A stretch of 32,000 nt of DNA from Candidatus Electrothrix sp. GW3-4 (GCF_037902255.1 NZ_CP147990.1:4590001-4622000), one strand, 5' to 3'; shown: positions 14,704 through 23,208, counted from the stretch's first letter. The notes: generated by a model not told the origin, from the sequence alone. Made by a program: numbers and translations.

Positions 14704-14733
14704 TGACAGGCATCATGGTATTGTGATATAAAA
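14704..14733 (+). promoter_or_regulatory. Sigma70 promoter of tRNA-Phe
   Basis: TTGACA (14704..14709) - N18 - TATAAA (14728..14733), with TG at 14725..14726 as an extended -10. It lies ~27 nt upstream of the mature tRNA 5' end. Confidence 0.6.
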
Positions 14734-14759
14734 TTGCCCACTCAACAAACAATGAGTTG

Positions 14760-14835
<76 letters not shown>

Positions 14836-14847
14836 GCATATTCAAGC

Positions 14848-14881
14848 GGTTATAGGCTTTGCCTATAACCGTTTTTTTTGT
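14848..14881 (+). terminator. Rho-independent terminator after tRNA-Phe
   Basis: A 10-bp perfect stem CGGTTATAGG / CCTATAACCG with loop CTTTG is followed by a T8 run. Confidence 0.8.
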
Positions 14882-15144
14882 TTCATCGTATTGGTTCCCC
14901 CCCCTGTTTTTTCTTATCAGGCTGACAAATTTTGTAATAACTGACATTTCTCGTCCATTTCTCTTTCTCCTTCCTTTGTAAAAAAATGTTGTGTAACAGC
15001 ATGTTGTTTGTTTTACCCTGCGTTTGAGGGGGCAATTGTTTTTTTGCGCCTCTCTTTTTTTGCTCTTAATACGTCAGCATTTTGCTGGTAAAGAGAAAAA
15101 ATGCGATTTTTGTTTAAGAATTTATAGGGATTCTCGAGGGGTGC

Positions 15145-15160
15145 TGGTATACTCCTTGCA
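15145..15160 (+). promoter_or_regulatory. Candidate sigma54 (-24/-12) promoter upstream of the PilZ gene
   Basis: TGGTATACTCCTTGCA compared with the consensus TGGCACG-N4-TTGCW. The GG and GC dinucleotides have the exact 12-nt register. It lies ~70-80 nt upstream of the PilZ start codons. Confidence 0.5.
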
Positions 15161-15227
15161 TTCATTTGCTCTGAGATGGTGGTGCTCTCAGAAACCTGAG
15201 TGGAAGCTCTTTTCTTCATGACAGCGG

Positions 15228-15674
15228 GTGATAAGGATGAAAAATACGGTGGATAGACGTCGACTTACCCGGGTGGACATACTGCTGGATGTATGTCTTG
15301 ATTTCGGAGTGCGGAGATACAGGCATTTTGCCAATAACCTCAGCCTCAGTGGGCTTTATGTGAAAGGGTTCTATGAGCAGAAAGCAGGAGATGCCTGTAT
15401 CATTGAGCTGAAGCAGGTGTATTATGGTCAGGACGCTATCGTAAGGGCTGTAGCTTCCGCTGTCAGGGTCGATGAGGCCGGTATGGCGCTGAGGTTTATA
15501 TCTATGAAGTTGGATAGTTTTTTGGTTCTCCAGACCGCTTTTGCCTCTTTTGCAGAGGATCCTGAATTGCTGGGCGGGGAATCTCTTGAAGATATTTCTT
15601 TTACGCAGGAAGACGGACTCATTATGTACGATGATGCGCTTCCGCTGACAAACTATTCTTTCCCGACATCCTAA
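15228..15674 (+). CDS. Stand-alone PilZ-domain (c-di-GMP-binding) protein
   Basis: 148 aa from the GTG at 15228; the ATG at 15237 is an alternative start. Both PilZ motifs are present: RRLTR (RxxxR) and NLSLSG (D/NxSxxG). Confidence 0.8.
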   Translation: MIRMKNTVDRRRLTRVDILLDVCLDFGVRRYRHFANNLSLSGLYVKGFYEQKAGDACIIELKQVYYGQDAIVRAVASAVRVDEAGMALRFISMKLDSFLVLQTAFASFAEDPELLGGESLEDISFTQEDGLIMYDDALPLTNYSFPTS

Positions 15675-16201
15675 CATATTGAGCCGCAATTAATAATCGC
15701 AGGCGCAGCAATTGATCATGGCTTACCGAATCTTTTGTGCAGGGTGGAGATGAAACCTTTATCCGCCTTAATAGATATCATTTCCAGCGGCGAGGGGCCT
15801 CTTTTTCAGGCCAGATAACAACTTGCTCCCACAACTGAAATGGTTATGAGCAGGTTCTGCCAGGACTTGATGGTCAGGGAAAAAGTCTGTCAGCAAGGTG
15901 TTTATAGGGCGTCCATTGATTATGGATGGTGCCAACAAGATACCCTGGCAATTTTTTCTTGAAGCACTAAGCGTAAGCTCTTCCTGTCCATTCCCACATC
16001 TAAGCTGCAAACGCGTATTCGAACCATCAAGCATGACGTTTGAAGTTCATCTGAGGCATTTAATGTCGGTCATAAGACGTCTCCTCAACCAAGGAAAAGA
16101 CCAGCTAAAACAAAAGAAATAGGTCCCGGTCCTCCGCTCAGCATAACCCCGCCCGTCAAGCTACAACCGAGATGAGACCTTTCATCACTCAGGGAAAAAC
16201 T

Positions 16202-17059
16202 ATGGTAGAAGAAAAGCAATACAGCTGGAATGCAGAAGACTATACCCGCCATTCCTTTGCGCAGCAGGGGTGGGCCAGAGAGCTGATCAGTAAATTGGAT
16301 CTCCAGGGCTATGAAGCTGTGTTAGATATCGGTTGTGGTGATGGCAAGATAACCGCAGAGATCGCTGATCTCCTGCCCGATGGTGAGGTCCTCGGCATAG
16401 ATAGTTCAGCAGACATGTTGGATCTGGCCCGGGAAAAATTTTCCTGGTCAACCCATCCCAACCTTTCTTTCCAGCAACGGGATGCCAGAGAGCTGACCTG
16501 TGAGGCGGAATTTGACATTGTCTTCTCCAATGCTGCCCTGCATTGGCTGCAGGATCATCGTCCGGTACTGACAGGTATAAGCAGGGCCCTGAAGCTGGGC
16601 GGACGTACACTCCTGCAGATGGCCGGAAAAGGGAATGCCGCCTCGCTCCTTGTTATTTTTGATAAAATCATCCAGACAAAAGAATGGCAGCCGTATTTTA
16701 CCGACTTTACCTTCCCCTATGGTTTCTACGGCCCTGAGCTGTATAAAATCTGGCTCAAGGAAGCTGGGCTGCATCCTGTCCGGGTTGAGCTTATTCCCAA
16801 GGATATGTCCTATCCTGATCGGGCCGGATTAGAGGGCTGGATACGTACCACCTGGCAGCCCTATACGGAACGAATTTCTGTTGAGCGCAGAGAAGCCTTT
16901 ATTACAGAGCTTATTGACAGATATCTTGTGGAACACCCCGCAGACAGCGAAGGAGGACAGGTGCATGTGGGTATGGTACGCCTTGAGGTGGAAGCCTGTC
17001 CGGGAAAATATAGAGAGATGAATCTTATTGATCCGCCCAGTCCAGCAGACGTTCCATAG
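16202..17059 (+). CDS. Class I SAM-dependent methyltransferase (trans-aconitate methyltransferase/Tam-like)
   Basis: Motif I is VLDIGCGDGKIT, with a post-I acidic residue (GIDSS) and motif II/III (DIVFSNAALHW; LKLGGR). The ATG at 16202 has AGGGA about 7 nt upstream and is preferred over the ORF-track ATG at 16172. Confidence 0.85.
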   Translation: MVEEKQYSWNAEDYTRHSFAQQGWARELISKLDLQGYEAVLDIGCGDGKITAEIADLLPDGEVLGIDSSADMLDLAREKFSWSTHPNLSFQQRDARELTCEAEFDIVFSNAALHWLQDHRPVLTGISRALKLGGRTLLQMAGKGNAASLLVIFDKIIQTKEWQPYFTDFTFPYGFYGPELYKIWLKEAGLHPVRVELIPKDMSYPDRAGLEGWIRTTWQPYTERISVERREAFITELIDRYLVEHPADSEGGQVHVGMVRLEVEACPGKYREMNLIDPPSPADVP

Positions 17060-17390
17060 AAACCCTGGTGAACCAGCGGAGAAAGATCAGGGAATAGGTC
17101 GCCCCGGAGAGGTACATCCCGAGCATAAAGACCAGATGGGATAGGCCGTAGACCAGCGGGCCACCCACTGCTGCAATCCACGGGTTCTGCAGTTTGAGGG
17201 AGAGCAGGCCGCACAGGGCCACAGCGGGCCAACCCAGGGCAAAGCTGAAGGTAATAGCAAAGATCCCCGCAAGGATAGCGGGCGAGGGTTTTTCTCGAAA
17301 GGCAGACAGGTCGGCCTCCTCCACAATGGCGGAGCGAACATACTCGGTTGCACCGATTTTTTTGATCCCCTGCCTGATCATTTGCCTCAT
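17025..17390 (-). CDS. Small two-TM membrane protein, unknown function
   Basis: 121 aa with two clear hydrophobic helices (ILAGIFAITFSFALGWPAVALCGLL; IAAVGGPLVYGLSHLVFMLGMYL). No SD is seen. It overlaps the 3' end of the convergent methyltransferase gene by 35 nt. Confidence 0.5.
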   Translation of the reverse strand: MRQMIRQGIKKIGATEYVRSAIVEEADLSAFREKPSPAILAGIFAITFSFALGWPAVALCGLLSLKLQNPWIAAVGGPLVYGLSHLVFMLGMYLSGATYSLIFLRWFTRVSMERLLDWADQ

Positions 17391-17467
17391 ATCGGTTTCA
17401 AAAAAGAACGAACTGTGTTCAATTACGCTTAGGATCAGGTCATCCTAGCTGCGCTGTTTTCTTCCCC

Positions 17468-18268
17468 TTGCTCGTCAAGCATAACCCGGAAACCGCCCGC
17501 TATTCAATAGAAAAATCTTGGAAAAACGTGAAACAGGCTGTCTCATACGATTGCTGGGCCTTTTTTGGCCGGATTTATTGCATCTCCCTGCATGAGCGGG
17601 AAGATCGGAGGGTCATAGCCCGCAAGGCCTTTGCTGCGGTTGGCCTGCAGGATCAGGTAGAATTTGTTCTGGTGGAAAAACATCCTGTCTCCCCGGAGCA
17701 GGGGATCTTTGAATCCCATCTGATCTGCCTGCGTAAGGGCCTCCAGGAAAAGGCCAAGACGATACTCCTCTTTGAGGACGATGTGTTTTTTCAGCGCTTT
17801 GATCCCTACGCCTTAGGTGAGGCGTGTTCTTTTCTGGAACAGGATGCTGACTGGAAGGCCCTGTTTCTCGGCTGTATCACCAGCGGGAGCCAGCGAGCCG
17901 GGAATCGGCATCTCGCCCGGATTCGTTACCGTTGCCTTTCCCACGCCTATGCCGTGCATCAGTCCTTTGCGGAACAGCTCATTGAGGAGCAATGGCGGGG
18001 GATCCCCTATGATATGCTTCTGCAACAGTATAATCGGGAACAGCATAAGTGGCATTTTTATGCCCTTTATCCGCTTTGCGCTTTTCAGGGCCTGGAAGGA
18101 ACGGATAACCAAACTATCCGTATTGATCAGGCCCGGCGGCTCTTCGGGGGCCTGCCCTTTATCCAGAAGATGAACGAGCTCTACCAAAATCATAAGGTAC
18201 CACTCCTGCTCTCCCATGCAGTAAGCCTGCTCTTGCTTGCTCTGCTTGTCTTTTTTCTCTTCAAATGA
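17468..18268 (+). CDS. Glycosyltransferase family 25-like protein with a C-terminal TM anchor
   Basis: 266 aa from a TTG start, which is uncertain (a GTG at 17528 is possible). The pattern RIYCISLHEREDRR ... GIFESHL ... ILLFEDDVFF ... LFLG ... SHAYAV parallels the GT25 (LgtB/Lic2B-like) layout. The C-terminus PLLLSHAVSLLLLALLVFFLFK is a TM helix. The stop overlaps the next gene's start (ATGA). Confidence 0.6.
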   Translation: MLVKHNPETARYSIEKSWKNVKQAVSYDCWAFFGRIYCISLHEREDRRVIARKAFAAVGLQDQVEFVLVEKHPVSPEQGIFESHLICLRKGLQEKAKTILLFEDDVFFQRFDPYALGEACSFLEQDADWKALFLGCITSGSQRAGNRHLARIRYRCLSHAYAVHQSFAEQLIEEQWRGIPYDMLLQQYNREQHKWHFYALYPLCAFQGLEGTDNQTIRIDQARRLFGGLPFIQKMNELYQNHKVPLLLSHAVSLLLLALLVFFLFK

Positions 18269-21200
18269 TCAAATATAGAAATCTCCTTGTTGTTTCCTGT
18301 GCGATTATCGCCTTAACGGTTCTGGGCTTATTGCGTTTACGGATAGATACCGATGTGGTGCGCTCCTTGCCCACGCAGGAGAAGATCATTGCCGATGGAC
18401 TTGAAATCTTTGAACAGCATCCTTTTCATGATCAGATCGCAATCGATATCAGTTTGACGAAGACCGATCCTGATCGTCTGGTGGAAATTGGCAAGGCCCT
18501 GGAAGAACAGCTGAAACAGAGTGACCTTTTTGCGCAAGTGGGTACTGATAGCCTCGGTGCCTTAATTCCTGAGCTGGCCCTGCATGCAGCCAAGCATCTT
18601 CCCTTGCTTTTTACCCAGGAAGAGCTGGAGAAGAAGGTTGCACCTCTCCTGAAATCAGAGCAGATTAGCCAACGTCTCCAGAAACTGTATCAGGAGCTTG
18701 GTGGGATGGAGGGGATCGGACAGGCAGAGTTCATGGGGCTGGACCCCCTCGGGCTTAAAGATCTTGTCCTGGCCCGGATGGCTCCCCTTGCACCCTCGCT
18801 CAACTCCCGATTGTATCAAGGTAGCCTGCTTTCTCAGGACGGACACCATCTCCTGGTCACAGCTCGCCCTAAGGCTTCAGGCACCGACACTGCTTCGGCC
18901 CGGCAAATTTCCCAAGTCCTGACCCAGGCCGAACAAGAGTTTGCCCGGCAATATCCAGATGAGGCGATACAGCTTACCCCAGTGGGTGCCTATCGGGCGG
19001 CCCTGGATAATGAGGACATCATTCGTCATGATGTGCATCTGGCCCTGGTGTTCGCTACCTTGGGAATTGCCCTGCTGCTCTATTTTGCCTTTCCCCGCCC
19101 TCTGACTGGCCTGCTGGCCTTTGTCCCGGCCCTTGCTGGCACCGGCACGGCCCTTTTTGTCTATTCCCTGCTTCATCCCTCTATTTCTATTATGGTGCTG
19201 GGCTTTGGTGGTGCTTTGATTTCTATTACCGTGGATCATGGCATTGCCTACCTTCTCTTTCTGGACCGCCCCCAGGAGACCAAGGGGAAAGAGGCTTCCA
19301 GGGAGGTACGGGCCATTGCCCTGATGGCGGTCGTTACCTCGATCTGTGCCTTTCTCATTCTCAGCAGCAGTGGCTTTCCGGTCTTTGTCCAGCTTGGGCA
19401 ATTCACGGCCTTGGGGATTTTGTTTTCCTATCTCTTTGTCCATACGGTTTTCCCGCAGCTCTTCCCAAGTATGCCTCCTGCGGAGCATAGCCGTTCTCTG
19501 CCACTCCGTCGTTTTGTTGATCTTCTCTATTGCACCGGCAAGCCAGGCGCTATTGTGGCATTACTGCTCTTTATTGGGTTAGCCTTTTTTGCCAAACCGC
19601 AGTTTCATGTAGATCTGAAGAGCATGAATACCATGTCTTCGGAGACTCAGGCTGCAGATGCCCTCTTTGCTCAGGTCTGGGGTAATATCAATGACCGGGT
19701 CATCCTGATGCGCTCTGCTGATTCTCTTGCAGAGCTCCAAAACGGCAATGATCAACTCCTTGTCAAGGCGGAAGAGGATATTGCTCAGGATATCTTGGCT
19801 GCTTCCTTTATCCCATCCATGCTCTTCCCAGGGCAAGAACGGGCAAGGGAAAATTTCAGGGTCTGGCGTACCTTCTGGAATGACGAACGCGTGCAACACG
19901 TCCAGGGAGAGTTTGATAGAATCAGTAAAGAACTCGGTTTTGCACCCACAGCCTTTTCTCCTTTCCTTGTCCAGCTTCAGCTGGCTGAGATCGAGGTCAC
20001 AACCATCCCTGAAAAATTTTATGAGTCCCTGGGGATCAGGAAGAACAGCGAGCACACAGGGTTACTTCAGTTTCTCACGCTCATCCCCGGAAAAAACTAT
20101 ACTGCTCAAGAGGCTGTGCAGCGCTATGGACAGGATGCCAGTTTCTTTGATGCAAACTATTTTACAGAGCGCCTGGCAGAAGTTCTTTTTTCCACCTTTA
20201 CCCGGATGTTGGTGATTATTGCCCTCAGCATCGCCTTTCTCTTGGCCTTGTTCTATCTTGATCTGCGCCAAACCTTGCTTACCCTCTTGTCACCCTTTTT
20301 TGCCTATGTCTGCACCCTGGGTACCCTGCGCCTGATCGGGCATCCTTTGGATATTCCGGCACTCATGCTCTCCATCGTTATCCTGGGCATGGGAGTGGAT
20401 TACTCGGTCTTCTGCGTCCGGGCCCATCAGCGCTATCAGGATATTAGCCATCCCTCCTATGCCTTGGTGCGGACAGCAGTGTTCATGGCAGGCGCATCCA
20501 CCCTGATCGGCTTTGGGGTGCTTTGCTTTGCCAAGCACGCTGTCCTGCGCAGCATTGGTATCACCTCTTTTCTGGGGATCGGCTATTCGCTGCTTGGTAC
20601 CTTCCTGCTTCTGCCGCCCTTGATGGATCGCTTTCTTTTCCCTAGGCAGCAGAGCGGGGCCATGGAGAAGGAAAATATGAACGTGGATGCCTGTGTTCGT
20701 CACCGCTATAGAACCCTGGAGGCCTACACGAGGATGTTTGCCCGCTTTAAATTGCGCTATGATCCCATGTTTGCCGACTTACCGGATATGCTCGTCCGGG
20801 GACAGCAGGGACAGGGGGGGATCAGGACGGTTATTGATATCGGCTGTGGTTACGGGGTACCAGCCTGCTGGTGCCTTGAGCAATACCCAGGTGCTGAGGT
20901 CTTTGGCATTGATCCTGATCCTGAGCGGGTACGCTCTGCCACCATCGCCTTTGCCGGACAAGGTAGGGCTGTCTGCGGCTATGCCCCGGAACTCCCGTCC
21001 ACTCCTGGCCCGGCCGATCTGGTCCTCCTGCTGGATATGTTTCATTACCTGGATGATGAAACCGCAGCAACGGTACTGCGCAAGAGCTTCCAAGCCCTTG
21101 GTGAAAACGGTATCCTGGTAACTCGCTTTGTTATCCGCCCTCCTGGTCGGCTCTCTTGGAGCTGGTATCTGGAAGATTGGCGGATTAGGTCTGGAGGAGG

Positions 21201-21330
21201 TCAAGCCTATTATCGGCCTGCGGACAGGATGGCGGCATTCATGCGCCAAGCTGGCTTTACGGTGGTGTATAATGAGGTGTCAGCGGTGAACCGGGAGCTG
21301 GTCTGGATGGTGGGGCGAAAAGGGAGCTGA
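18265..21330 (+). CDS. RND/MMPL-type predicted exporter (COG4258-like) fused in frame to a C-terminal class I SAM-dependent methyltransferase
   Basis: 1021 aa. It has RND topology: TM1, a ~230-aa loop, a 5-TM bundle, another TM, a ~200-aa loop and a second 5-TM bundle (residues ~1-790). This is followed by a soluble ~220-aa domain with motif I VIDIGCGYGVPA, a post-I GIDPD, and LLLDMFHYL. There is no stop codon between the two parts. Confidence 0.85.
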   Translation: MIKYRNLLVVSCAIIALTVLGLLRLRIDTDVVRSLPTQEKIIADGLEIFEQHPFHDQIAIDISLTKTDPDRLVEIGKALEEQLKQSDLFAQVGTDSLGALIPELALHAAKHLPLLFTQEELEKKVAPLLKSEQISQRLQKLYQELGGMEGIGQAEFMGLDPLGLKDLVLARMAPLAPSLNSRLYQGSLLSQDGHHLLVTARPKASGTDTASARQISQVLTQAEQEFARQYPDEAIQLTPVGAYRAALDNEDIIRHDVHLALVFATLGIALLLYFAFPRPLTGLLAFVPALAGTGTALFVYSLLHPSISIMVLGFGGALISITVDHGIAYLLFLDRPQETKGKEASREVRAIALMAVVTSICAFLILSSSGFPVFVQLGQFTALGILFSYLFVHTVFPQLFPSMPPAEHSRSLPLRRFVDLLYCTGKPGAIVALLLFIGLAFFAKPQFHVDLKSMNTMSSETQAADALFAQVWGNINDRVILMRSADSLAELQNGNDQLLVKAEEDIAQDILAASFIPSMLFPGQERARENFRVWRTFWNDERVQHVQGEFDRISKELGFAPTAFSPFLVQLQLAEIEVTTIPEKFYESLGIRKNSEHTGLLQFLTLIPGKNYTAQEAVQRYGQDASFFDANYFTERLAEVLFSTFTRMLVIIALSIAFLLALFYLDLRQTLLTLLSPFFAYVCTLGTLRLIGHPLDIPALMLSIVILGMGVDYSVFCVRAHQRYQDISHPSYALVRTAVFMAGASTLIGFGVLCFAKHAVLRSIGITSFLGIGYSLLGTFLLLPPLMDRFLFPRQQSGAMEKENMNVDACVRHRYRTLEAYTRMFARFKLRYDPMFADLPDMLVRGQQGQGGIRTVIDIGCGYGVPACWCLEQYPGAEVFGIDPDPERVRSATIAFAGQGRAVCGYAPELPSTPGPADLVLLLDMFHYLDDETAATVLRKSFQALGENGILVTRFVIRPPGRLSWSWYLEDWRIRSGGGQAYYRPADRMAAFMRQAGFTVVYNEVSAVNRELVWMVGRKGS

Positions 21331-21346
21331 GTTGCTTAGAGGTACA

Positions 21347-22078
21347 TCATGTCTTTCGTTTGTTCGATTTCTTTCTGATGGTCTCAATCACCGTTTTTGC
21401 CAGCAACGGAAAAAGACCGAGCAGGGCAAAGGAGAAGAGCAGGCCCGGCGATAAGATGCCGCCAGCTGACTCAATCTTGCCGAGCTGAGTCCCTGCATTG
21501 ACATAGACCAAGGTCCCCGGCACCATACCAATCTGGCTGACCAGATAAAAGACCCGAGTGCGGATGGAGGTTAAGCCCATGATCAGATTGATAATGAAGA
21601 AGGGGAAAACGGGCACCAGACGTAAGGAGAAAAGATAGAAGGCCCCGTCCTGTTCGATACCCTTATTGATGGCAGCGAGTTTTTCTCCGAAGCGCTGCTG
21701 GATGGTATCCCGGAAGAGGAAACGGGCCCCCAGAAAGGCAAGAGTGGCCCCGATGGTGCTGGCAAAAGAGACCAGCAGAAAGCCGAGCCAAAGGCCGAAC
21801 AGGGCCCCACCGCCCAGGCTCATAATCAGGGCACCAGGCAGGGAAAGGGCCGTGATCAGGATATAGAGGAGCATGTAACCTGCAATGGTGAGCAGCTGAT
21901 GTTCTCTGTAGAAATCCTGCAGGATCTGACGGCTGGATTTGAGTGAAGCTAAGCTTAGGTATTGTTGTCCATCAAAGACAATGAAAAGAACAGCAAGAGT
22001 TGCTATAATTAACAGGAGGGTGACTCTGCCGTGTATTTTTTTGTCCTGTGGTGGTTTCGTAGCAGGGGAGATAATCAT
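21347..22078 (-). CDS. TVP38/TMEM64-family (DedA-superfamily, SNARE-associated-like) membrane protein
   Basis: 243 aa and polytopic. The characteristic stretches are ...GGALFG...F.GARFLFRD... and LRLVPVFPFFIINLIMGLT. Confidence 0.85.
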   Translation of the reverse strand: MIISPATKPPQDKKIHGRVTLLLIIATLAVLFIVFDGQQYLSLASLKSSRQILQDFYREHQLLTIAGYMLLYILITALSLPGALIMSLGGGALFGLWLGFLLVSFASTIGATLAFLGARFLFRDTIQQRFGEKLAAINKGIEQDGAFYLFSLRLVPVFPFFIINLIMGLTSIRTRVFYLVSQIGMVPGTLVYVNAGTQLGKIESAGGILSPGLLFSFALLGLFPLLAKTVIETIRKKSNKRKT

Positions 22079-22349
22079 ATTTTTTTATTGGTTCTCCGTA
22101 ACCTCATCTCTTTTTTCTTGTCTGTTCAGTATATGAAGTTTTTTAGCATGGAACACGAGGCGATGGCAATCAGATTGGAAGCGAAAAAGATCAGATATGG
22201 CAAGGTGCAGGAGGGAAAATTTCCTTGTGTTTTCCTTTGCCCTCTTGATTTTCTTCGCAAAAATAAGAAGTAATAAAAATTACCCTTCCCTCCAGCGACG
22301 TCTCTGGACCTTCATTACTGTAAAAAATATTATAAAAACGTATAAAAAC

Positions 22350-22547
22350 ATGAGCTCATCAAATGAAGCCTGGGAGCACTTGGGAGAACTGGATGAAGAG
22401 GATGCAATGCACGTCCTGATCCGCCTCTTCTCCATGTATGAAGAGGAGGAACAGCGTCATCCCGGTGACAAAGCTACATCTCTTTTTTTTAGAAATCTGA
22501 TAACCGCCCTCGGGCAAACCTCTGCATGTAACCTGAATAGACGATAA
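22350..22547 (+). CDS. Small acidic hypothetical protein (65 aa) translationally coupled to plsY
   Basis: MSSSNEAWEHLGELDEEDAMHVLIRLFSMYEEEEQRHPGDKATSLFFRNLITALGQTSACNLNRR. Its stop codon TAA shares one nucleotide with the plsY ATG (TAATG at 22545..22549). The part of the ORF-track ORF upstream of 22350 looks like translated AT-rich intergenic sequence. Confidence 0.45.
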   Translation: MSSSNEAWEHLGELDEEDAMHVLIRLFSMYEEEEQRHPGDKATSLFFRNLITALGQTSACNLNRR

Positions 22548-23152
22548 TGCATTTCTCCCATTTCTTTTTTATTATAGTTTCCTATCTCATTGGTGCGATC
22601 CCCTTTGGTCTTCTGTTGTCCCGTGGCCAGGGGGTGAATATCCGTGAGCAGGGCAGCAAAAATATCGGTGCGACCAATGTTTCCCGCCTGCTGGGCAAGA
22701 AACTCGGTTTCCTGACCTTTCTCCTTGATTGCGCAAAAGGGTATCTCCCCATGTTTTTTGCCGGGCTGTTGCTTGGTGATACTCCGAATCGCCATGTGGT
22801 GGTCGCCCTCTGCGGTGCTGCTGCTGTGCTCGGGCATATGTTTCCGGTCTATCTTGGCTTGAAAGGAGGGAAAGGTGTGGCAACTGGCCTGGGGGTTTTC
22901 CTCTATCTGGCTCCCAAAGTAGTGCTCATCAGCTTAGCGGTTTTTATCGCCACGGTTGCTGCCACTGGCTTTGTTTCGCTTGGATCTTTGTTGTCCTCAG
23001 CGACGGTCTTGCCTTGTTTGTATCTTTTCGCAGAGCCGACGTGGAAGTTTTTCCTTGCCAGCTTTATTGTTGTCATGATCTGGATCAAACATTATGAGAA
23101 TATCGGGCGCTTGTTGAAAGGGAATGAGAAGAGTTTTAAGAAAAAGAAGTGA
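22547..23152 (+). CDS. plsY: Glycerol-3-phosphate acyltransferase PlsY (acyl-phosphate dependent)
   Basis: 201 aa, polytopic, with the hallmark GSKNIGATNVSRLLG and HMFPVYLGLKGGKGVATGLG motifs. Confidence 0.92.
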   Translation: MHFSHFFFIIVSYLIGAIPFGLLLSRGQGVNIREQGSKNIGATNVSRLLGKKLGFLTFLLDCAKGYLPMFFAGLLLGDTPNRHVVVALCGAAAVLGHMFPVYLGLKGGKGVATGLGVFLYLAPKVVLISLAVFIATVAATGFVSLGSLLSSATVLPCLYLFAEPTWKFFLASFIVVMIWIKHYENIGRLLKGNEKSFKKKK

Positions 23153-23208
23153 GCCCTACTGAGGTGGTGCCCTGATCTGGCTGTAGGGTCGTTGTAATTC
23201 CTGGTTTA

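Noticed and set aside
13878-14741. 287-aa, 155-aa and 90-aa ORFs overlapping the acidic-protein gene (H/Q/R-rich, S/P-rich and M/T/V-rich repeats)
   Set aside because: They are reading-frame shadows of the 42-bp tandem repeat. The plus-strand frame that encodes the zinc-ribbon N-terminus, has a promoter candidate and ends just before the tRNA promoter is the coherent one.
15013-15221. 68-aa minus-strand and 65-aa plus-strand ORFs between tRNA-Phe and the PilZ gene
   Set aside because: They mutually overlap, overlie the sigma54-type promoter candidate, and have no SD or motifs.
18877-20703. Minus-strand ORFs of 137-203 aa (18877..19488, 19579..20055, 20290..20703) and plus-strand off-frame ORFs within the exporter gene
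   Set aside because: They lie antisense or off-frame to a 1021-aa ORF with clear RND topology and methyltransferase motifs, and have no motifs of their own.
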